From contig JAKAAW010000004.1 in NCBI GenBank assembly GCA_021802105.1, forward strand, positions 1-42,020: DNA of 42,020 nt, in the 5' to 3' direction. Positions 36,232 to 42,020 of this stretch are shown in pieces. This DNA is from Nanobdellota archaeon (GTDB lineage Archaea > Nanobdellota > Nanobdellia > Parvarchaeales > Parvarchaeaceae). A model generated the notes under the pieces. It made no database searches. It was not told where the DNA came from and saw only the letters and a list, made by a program, of their open reading frames with translations. The position numbers were made by a program, and so were the translations under genes. Within the stretch, counting starts at the first letter, position 1. The number at the start of each line of letters is the position of its first letter.

Positions 36232-38589
36232 TTGATTATGGATGATAGTACGGATGGTTTTTTGGCCCAGTCAAAAATCTGGAACAGGGACATCGAGAAG
36301 AAGACCATAGAAGTGATGGGAAAGAGGGCATATGGCTTTGATAAGTCGTCTGATCTTAATACTTTCTCCATGGACACCCCTCCCCCGTATGCATCCGGAA
36401 GACCATGGCACCTGGGCGCAGTTGCCCAGTATTCTCAGATAGACGCGATAGCTAGGTCCTCTAGAATGTTTGGAAACCAGGTTCTTTTTCCTGTCGGTAT
36501 AGACAGGAACGGGATACCGGTCGAGCGTTATACCGAAAAAAAGTACAATATAAGCATGAGAAGTACAGACCGAGAGAAATTCTTAGGCATGTGCAGAACG
36601 GCTTTGGACGACCTCGAGAAGGAAATGCTCGCCCTTCTGGACACCATAGGCTATTCCGCCGATTTTAGCAGACTCTACAGGACGGATAGCGACGACTACA
36701 GGGCATTCACGCAGGCCACATTCATACAGCAGTGGAACGCAAAGAACATATACAAAGGTACAAGACCTAGCAATTATTGCGTGGGTTGCGGTACGACGAT
36801 AGCCGATGCCGAGATAGAATATTCAGATCTATCTTCAAAATTAACTTACATAAGATTCAAACTGAAAGGGTCCGACAAGACAATAACCATAGCAACAACC
36901 AGACCAGAACTTTTGGGTGCGTGTGCTGCGATAATGGTTAATCCCAACGACGATAGGCATAAAGAGATGATAGGCAAGAAAGCCATAGTTCCCATCTATG
37001 ATCTGGAGGTAGAAATAATCCCACACGAATCAGCGAAACCGGAATTCGGAAGCGGTGCTGTGATGATATGTTCCTATGGTGACTATAACGATGTTCTACT
37101 TTTTAGAGATCTTAGCTTAAAAGAGAGGATACTTGTAGACACTTTCGGGAAAATGAACGAAAATGCTGGTAATGAGATCCTTGGACTTAAAGTAAAAGAT
37201 GCCCGCTCAAAGATAGTTTCAATGCTCGAAGAGAGCGGCCTTGTAGAAAAATCTGAAGATGTAAGTCATAGAACTCCTATATGTGAGAGGAGCAAAACGC
37301 CCATAGAGATCATACCAATGGAAGAGTATTTCCTGAAAACCGTCGATGATAAGGAGCGCCTTATGGAAATAGCAAAGAATATAGAGTTCATACCATATCA
37401 GCACAGACAGATACTTATAAACTGGATAAATGTGGCTTCGGACTGGCCTATATCAAGGAGGAGATTCTATGGCACGGAGATACCTATATGGTACTGTGAT
37501 AAGTGCAGTGAGCCGTATGTCCCCCCGCCGGGAAAATATTACAAACCTTGGAAGGAAGCCCCGCCTAGCTCGGCGACTTGCTCATCCTGTGGAGGGAAAA
37601 GCTTCAGGGGAGATGATAGGACATTTGATACGTGGATGGATTCGAGCGTAAGTGCTTTATACGTCAGCGGTTACGGCAGAGACGAAGAGCTGTTCAAAAA
37701 GACTTATCCAATTACAGTAAGGACGCAGGGTGTCGACATAATCAGGACATGGATGTACTACAGCATAGTGAGATGCTCGCAGCTGTCCGGAAATGCCCCT
37801 TGGAAAAAAGCATGGGTAGGGGGTATGGGCCTGGACGAGCATGGGGTCAAAATGAGCAAGAGCAAGGGCAATGTTGTAGATCCTTCCCCTCTTATGGACA
37901 GGTATGGTGTCGATGCGTTCAGGTTCTGGGCAGCATCTGAGGCCTCGATAGGCAGTAATTTCTCCTACTCTGAGAGCAAACTTGCCGGCTCACAGAAATT
38001 CCTCACCAAACTACTAAACTTGTCAAAGCTGATACACGCGCTTGGCAAGCCCGTACATGACATTGGGTATGACGACTTGATGCCTGCAGATAAATGGATA
38101 ATGGGAGAGTTCTCTGCTCTCGTTAAGGACGCTGTGTCTGGTTACAAGGAGCTTAACTTCTTCATCCCATCTAACAGGATACGCAACTTCGTTTGGTCGG
38201 TTTTCGCACCTCATTACGCTGAAATGGTCAAGGCCAGGGCGTACGGTAATGGTTTTTCTGATAAACAGAAAAATGCTGCAGTCTACACGCTTAACCACGT
38301 TTTGGATGGAGTCCTTTTGCTGACTGCACCTATATGTCCTTTTATAACGGAGGCATTGTGGTCGGAATCGCACGGGACCGGTGAATCCGTACACTCCAAG
38401 ACCTTCCCCGCACTTGGCAGATCAGAGGAAAGATACATGCTGGGAGACGCACTAGTAAAATTCAACAGCATGGTATGGGCGGAGAAAAAAGATAAAGGAA
38501 TGTCTCTCAGAGACAGCATATCTATAGCTATACCTGATGAGCTAAAGGAAATGTCTGACGACCTTAGAGCTATGCACAACATAAAGTGA
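36232..38589 (+). CDS. valS: Valyl-tRNA synthetase
   Basis: DTPPPYASG..HLGA, IATTRPE, DWPISRRR, DTWMDSS, KMSKSKGN. Confidence 0.93.
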   Translation: MIMDDSTDGFLAQSKIWNRDIEKKTIEVMGKRAYGFDKSSDLNTFSMDTPPPYASGRPWHLGAVAQYSQIDAIARSSRMFGNQVLFPVGIDRNGIPVERYTEKKYNISMRSTDREKFLGMCRTALDDLEKEMLALLDTIGYSADFSRLYRTDSDDYRAFTQATFIQQWNAKNIYKGTRPSNYCVGCGTTIADAEIEYSDLSSKLTYIRFKLKGSDKTITIATTRPELLGACAAIMVNPNDDRHKEMIGKKAIVPIYDLEVEIIPHESAKPEFGSGAVMICSYGDYNDVLLFRDLSLKERILVDTFGKMNENAGNEILGLKVKDARSKIVSMLEESGLVEKSEDVSHRTPICERSKTPIEIIPMEEYFLKTVDDKERLMEIAKNIEFIPYQHRQILINWINVASDWPISRRRFYGTEIPIWYCDKCSEPYVPPPGKYYKPWKEAPPSSATCSSCGGKSFRGDDRTFDTWMDSSVSALYVSGYGRDEELFKKTYPITVRTQGVDIIRTWMYYSIVRCSQLSGNAPWKKAWVGGMGLDEHGVKMSKSKGNVVDPSPLMDRYGVDAFRFWAASEASIGSNFSYSESKLAGSQKFLTKLLNLSKLIHALGKPVHDIGYDDLMPADKWIMGEFSALVKDAVSGYKELNFFIPSNRIRNFVWSVFAPHYAEMVKARAYGNGFSDKQKNAAVYTLNHVLDGVLLLTAPICPFITEALWSESHGTGESVHSKTFPALGRSEERYMLGDALVKFNSMVWAEKKDKGMSLRDSISIAIPDELKEMSDDLRAMHNIK

Positions 38590-38590
38590 T

Positions 38591-38797
38591 ATGGTAAAAA
38601 TAACCGTAAAGAACATAAACTTCGGGGAAAAGGAGATAGAGCTGGAGAGCAGTAAAGTGAGCGAACTCATAAACAAGTTAGGCACTAATGATGATGCTTC
38701 TATTTTTGTAGGAGACGACGGCGAGATATACACCAAGGACATTAAACTGCGTGACGGGTCTATAGTAAACATGATAGAAGTCTTCTCTGGAGGGTAA
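38591..38797 (+). CDS. Ubiquitin-like sulfur carrier (SAMP/ThiS/MoaD family)
   Basis: 68 aa ending VFSGG; directly upstream of NcsA/TtuA. Confidence 0.88.
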   Translation: MVKITVKNINFGEKEIELESSKVSELINKLGTNDDASIFVGDDGEIYTKDIKLRDGSIVNMIEVFSGG

Positions 38798-38799
38798 CC

Positions 38800-39711
38800 A
38801 TGGAGTGTCAGGTGTGCGAGAAAACAGCGGTCATAAGCACGTCCAACGGAACATTCTGTTCTGAGCATTTTAAGGACAATTTTGAGAGGACCACTCTGGA
38901 TACTATAAAAAAATATAATCTTATCAGAGAAGGAGAAGTCATAGGGGTGGCCAATTCCGGCGGAAAGGACTCCCTCTCCTTGCTTTACATAATCTCGAAA
39001 CATTTCTCGAAGACAAATCGTATAATCTCCATAACTATAGACGAGGGGATAAAAGGTTACAGGGACAAGACCATAGAGACGATGAAGAAATACTGCAGTG
39101 AATGGGGAGTCAAGTATAAGATATACAGCTACAAAGACTTTGCAGGGCTTGGTATGGATAGCATAGTCAAGGTTCAGAAAGGCATCCCGTGTGCTGCGTG
39201 CGGCGTACTCAGAAGGCATCTTCTAAATGCAGGTGCGCTCGAATCCGGCGTTAACAAGTTATGCACTGCCCATAATATGGATGATGAGGCGGAGAGCGTT
39301 TTGATGAACGTTTTCCAGAATGATTTCGAAAAATTAGTGCGCTCGGGACCAGTATCCGGTATCTCGTCAAATGATGGGTTTATACCCAGGGTTAAGCCGT
39401 TCATATTTATTAGTGAAAAGGAAACGATGCTTTTCTCTATTTTGAACGGTATAGAAGCGTTGCACACTGCTTGTCCATATTCAGGTTTTGGTTTTAGAGG
39501 GATTATGGCACGAAGAGTAAAGCAGCTAGAAACGAAAATACCGGGTTCTAAAAAGAGACTGGTCAAAGCCGCTATAAGGATAAGAGTGCTTGGATCAGGA
39601 TCAACAGCGGGAAGGCTCGTCAAGTGCTTGATGTGCGGCTCTCCAACTCCAGAAGATGTGTGCGAGGCGTGCAGGATAAAAGAAAGGCTATCAGGAGTTA
39701 TAGAAACGTGA
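38800..39711 (+). CDS. ncsA: tRNA 2-thiolation protein NcsA/TtuA (TIGR00269 family)
   Basis: CxxC...CxxH, SGGKDS, IDEGIKGYR, CAACGVLRR, TAHNMDD, CPY, C-terminal CxxC..CxxC. Confidence 0.9.
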   Translation: MECQVCEKTAVISTSNGTFCSEHFKDNFERTTLDTIKKYNLIREGEVIGVANSGGKDSLSLLYIISKHFSKTNRIISITIDEGIKGYRDKTIETMKKYCSEWGVKYKIYSYKDFAGLGMDSIVKVQKGIPCAACGVLRRHLLNAGALESGVNKLCTAHNMDDEAESVLMNVFQNDFEKLVRSGPVSGISSNDGFIPRVKPFIFISEKETMLFSILNGIEALHTACPYSGFGFRGIMARRVKQLETKIPGSKKRLVKAAIRIRVLGSGSTAGRLVKCLMCGSPTPEDVCEACRIKERLSGVIET

Positions 39712-39767
39712 TACCATCTCACTAATAACAAATCTTTAAATATCAAAAACTGCATCAATAAAACATT

Positions 39768-41030
39768 ATGCAGAACTCTGAGTCCAATGTAGAGGTCTCT
39801 CAAGATTATGGTGCGTATTCAAAAAATATAAGCGATTTTAACAAGAGACTCAACGATACGCTTAACGATATATACAGGCGAATAAACGCACTTGCGGAGA
39901 GTATATCAGACATAGACGCGTCTAGACGGGACAACATAGATCCAGTTTACATCAGAAAGATAGATTCTAAGGTAGAGAAACTATCATCTGATCTTAACGA
40001 CGTAATATCTAATTTCAACTCTGCAGTCGATAAGATGAACGATAACTACAAGGACGCTTCGTCGAAAATAAATAAAATAAGCTCGTCAATGGACCAGCTA
40101 TCTGTAAATTCAAGATCGCTCTTGTCTGACATGAACAAGAGCATAAGTAGCTTCAACATGACTTCAGAAAAGATAAATAGGGATATTGACATAAACGCAA
40201 AGAAGATAGAGGATATAAGGGGAAGCATAGATAAATTCTCAGAAACCACCAAATCGGAGATAAACGAACTGAGTTCCGCTGACAATGAACTTACCAGTAA
40301 GCTTAACAAGCTGTCGGAGACTCTTTACTCTGGCATACCAAATATAAACCGGCTCATAGATGATCTGAATCAGTTGAAAAAATCCACCTCAAATATAAAT
40401 TCCCGTTTCGAGACCATTACAAACAGCACGAACTCATTGTCAGTAGAGACGAATAGCCTTAATCTCAAGCTTGATACGCTGAGCAAGGAGTTCCAGAACA
40501 TACAATCTAGTGTATCAGACACGCAGAAGCACGTTATGGATTTCATAAACATAGCTAGATCATCCATAGCAAATGTGAGTACATATAACCCGGAGACTCT
40601 CAATGTAGAAATAAGCAAGACAAGAGATAAGACCGATTCGTTAGAAAACCAGATGTCTGACACCGCATCGCGCATAGAAAAACTGCAGTCATCGTTGTCT
40701 TCGGTAAACGGGAAGATATCCGAGTTGTCTGTGGTAAAGAACGCATCAAAACTGTTCGAGAATGTACAGAAGCTGTCGGACACCATAGAAGACGTGGAGA
40801 ACAGGATAAACGCAAAAGCATCCAAGATAGAAGTCATATTCAATGAGATGAACAGCCAAATGAACCGCTTTGTTGATATTTCGGACCGATTGAATGAACT
40901 GTCAAAAAGATTCAATGAGACCGACTCTGAGATAGGAAAGGTTAAGGGCAATATGCCTATGTTCGCCACAAAAGACGACATACTCGATATACACCGTAAA
41001 CTCGATCAGATTTCTAAACCTCAGAACTGA
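39768..41030 (+). CDS. Long soluble coiled-coil protein (420 aa)
   Basis: Continuous heptad-like pattern, Ser/Asn/Ile/Lys rich, no TM helix or ATPase motif. Confidence 0.8.
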   Translation: MQNSESNVEVSQDYGAYSKNISDFNKRLNDTLNDIYRRINALAESISDIDASRRDNIDPVYIRKIDSKVEKLSSDLNDVISNFNSAVDKMNDNYKDASSKINKISSSMDQLSVNSRSLLSDMNKSISSFNMTSEKINRDIDINAKKIEDIRGSIDKFSETTKSEINELSSADNELTSKLNKLSETLYSGIPNINRLIDDLNQLKKSTSNINSRFETITNSTNSLSVETNSLNLKLDTLSKEFQNIQSSVSDTQKHVMDFINIARSSIANVSTYNPETLNVEISKTRDKTDSLENQMSDTASRIEKLQSSLSSVNGKISELSVVKNASKLFENVQKLSDTIEDVENRINAKASKIEVIFNEMNSQMNRFVDISDRLNELSKRFNETDSEIGKVKGNMPMFATKDDILDIHRKLDQISKPQN

Positions 41031-41037
41031 AACCTTT

Positions 41038-41508
41038 ATGGAAGAAAACGGCGGGAAAATAAGGAAAAGGTTGTATAAAGATATACCGCTGGCTGGCATA
41101 AGCCTTAGCGAGTTTGAGAGGCCTGGCAACGATTATTTCACAAACCTTAGAAGGTTCTGCATATCTATAGGAGTAATAAGTCCCGGCGAGAGTAGGGTCG
41201 GCATAGTGCACATATTAGACGTATTGCTCAAGGCAAGGAAGGGCCACCCACACGGTCTAGACAGCTATTCTATCGTAAAGGAACTCTACAAAACCGACGT
41301 CAAGATAGTTTACGCAAATATATTAAGGGATGTTAGGAAGCTGATTGAAGTAGGCTTGGTCGAGAAACGCGACAGTAAGTATAGGATAAAGGAGAACCTG
41401 AATCTTAACGAGATACTGAACTCATTTATAAAACCATACATAGTGGACAGGATATTGAAGCGCGTTTCGGAATACGCGATAAAATTGGATGATCAGATAA
41501 ACAAGTAG
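41038..41508 (+). CDS. Winged-helix-like protein of unknown function
   Basis: C-terminal YANILRDVRKLIEVGLVEKRDSKYRI wHTH pattern. Confidence 0.7.
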   Translation: MEENGGKIRKRLYKDIPLAGISLSEFERPGNDYFTNLRRFCISIGVISPGESRVGIVHILDVLLKARKGHPHGLDSYSIVKELYKTDVKIVYANILRDVRKLIEVGLVEKRDSKYRIKENLNLNEILNSFIKPYIVDRILKRVSEYAIKLDDQINK

Positions 41509-41511
41509 TAA

Positions 41512-41787
41512 TCAGATCTCTGACACTAATTTATATATCCTCTTACCGTTTGTTGTCAGCTTTAGTAGTTTCTTGTGCGATGTCCCGTTAGAGGTTATTA
41601 TGCCAAGTTCTATCATTTTCTTGATAAGTTTTATTATGTATGCGTAGCTGCAGTCTATTCTCTTGGCAGCCATCGCAGAGTACATATTGCCATCATTTGA
41701 GGCTATCATCTTCAGAAGGATAAATGGTTTTTCATGTAGGAACAATCTTCTTATCGCCTTATTTGGATTGACCTCCCTGTTATGCAT
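41512..41787 (-). CDS. Small winged-helix transcriptional regulator (MarR/ArsR-like)
   Basis: YSAMAAKRIDCSYAYIIKLIKKMIELGII...KLLKLTTNGKRI. Confidence 0.8.
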   Translation of the reverse strand: MHNREVNPNKAIRRLFLHEKPFILLKMIASNDGNMYSAMAAKRIDCSYAYIIKLIKKMIELGIITSNGTSHKKLLKLTTNGKRIYKLVSEI

Positions 41788-42020
41788 ACACTCAGTAATG
41801 TTATATCCTATTTATAACTTTAACAATCGTCTGCGCAGTTGTTTTTTATCTAAATAGGCACGCAACACAATCTGCATATATTAGGAATGTAATGATTTTA
41901 TCTCAAATAAATTGGACTGTTTATTGAAGTTTTTATAGAAGCTTATAAATTTGTGTTACACACCCCTTAAGATTTTATCTTTTATCGCCTAGAATGGTAT
42001 AGTATGCATTATCCTTATCT

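Noticed and set aside
41790-42020. AT-rich terminal region with TTTATCT repeats as a possible origin or ncRNA
   Set aside because: Truncated by the window end and consistent with a divergent promoter region.

Overview
Gene-dense chromosomal window from a small-genome archaeon. The gene set and divergence suggest DPANN, probably Parvarchaeota/Nanobdellota-like; this is inference. Housekeeping content: rpl7ae-rps28e-rpl24e, TyrRS, GluRS, ValRS, aIF5B, a SelB-like GTPase, ndk, TFB, Trm1, rpl35ae, enolase-rps2, RNase J and a SAMP-NcsA/TtuA pair. Features absent from the ORF track: an intron-containing tRNA-Tyr(GTA), an SRP RNA that appears to lack helix 6 and is linked to tRNA-Ser(GCT), rpl24e, a 59-aa histone lacking helix alpha3, and three of four tandem 48-58 aa class III signal-peptide mini-pilins (the first is in the track with an overlong start). 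The most unusual region is about 19.7-31.3 kb. It holds two paralogous nucleotidyltransferase-HEPN fusions, a 580-aa helical unknown, the mini-pilin array, a Roadblock/MglB + KaiC-like/MglA-like GTPase fusion + degenerate KaiC operon, a further pilin, and an endonuclease IV-like TIM barrel with a coiled-coil insert. This may be an uncharacterised surface-contact or polarity signalling module. No mobile elements or CRISPR arrays were seen.
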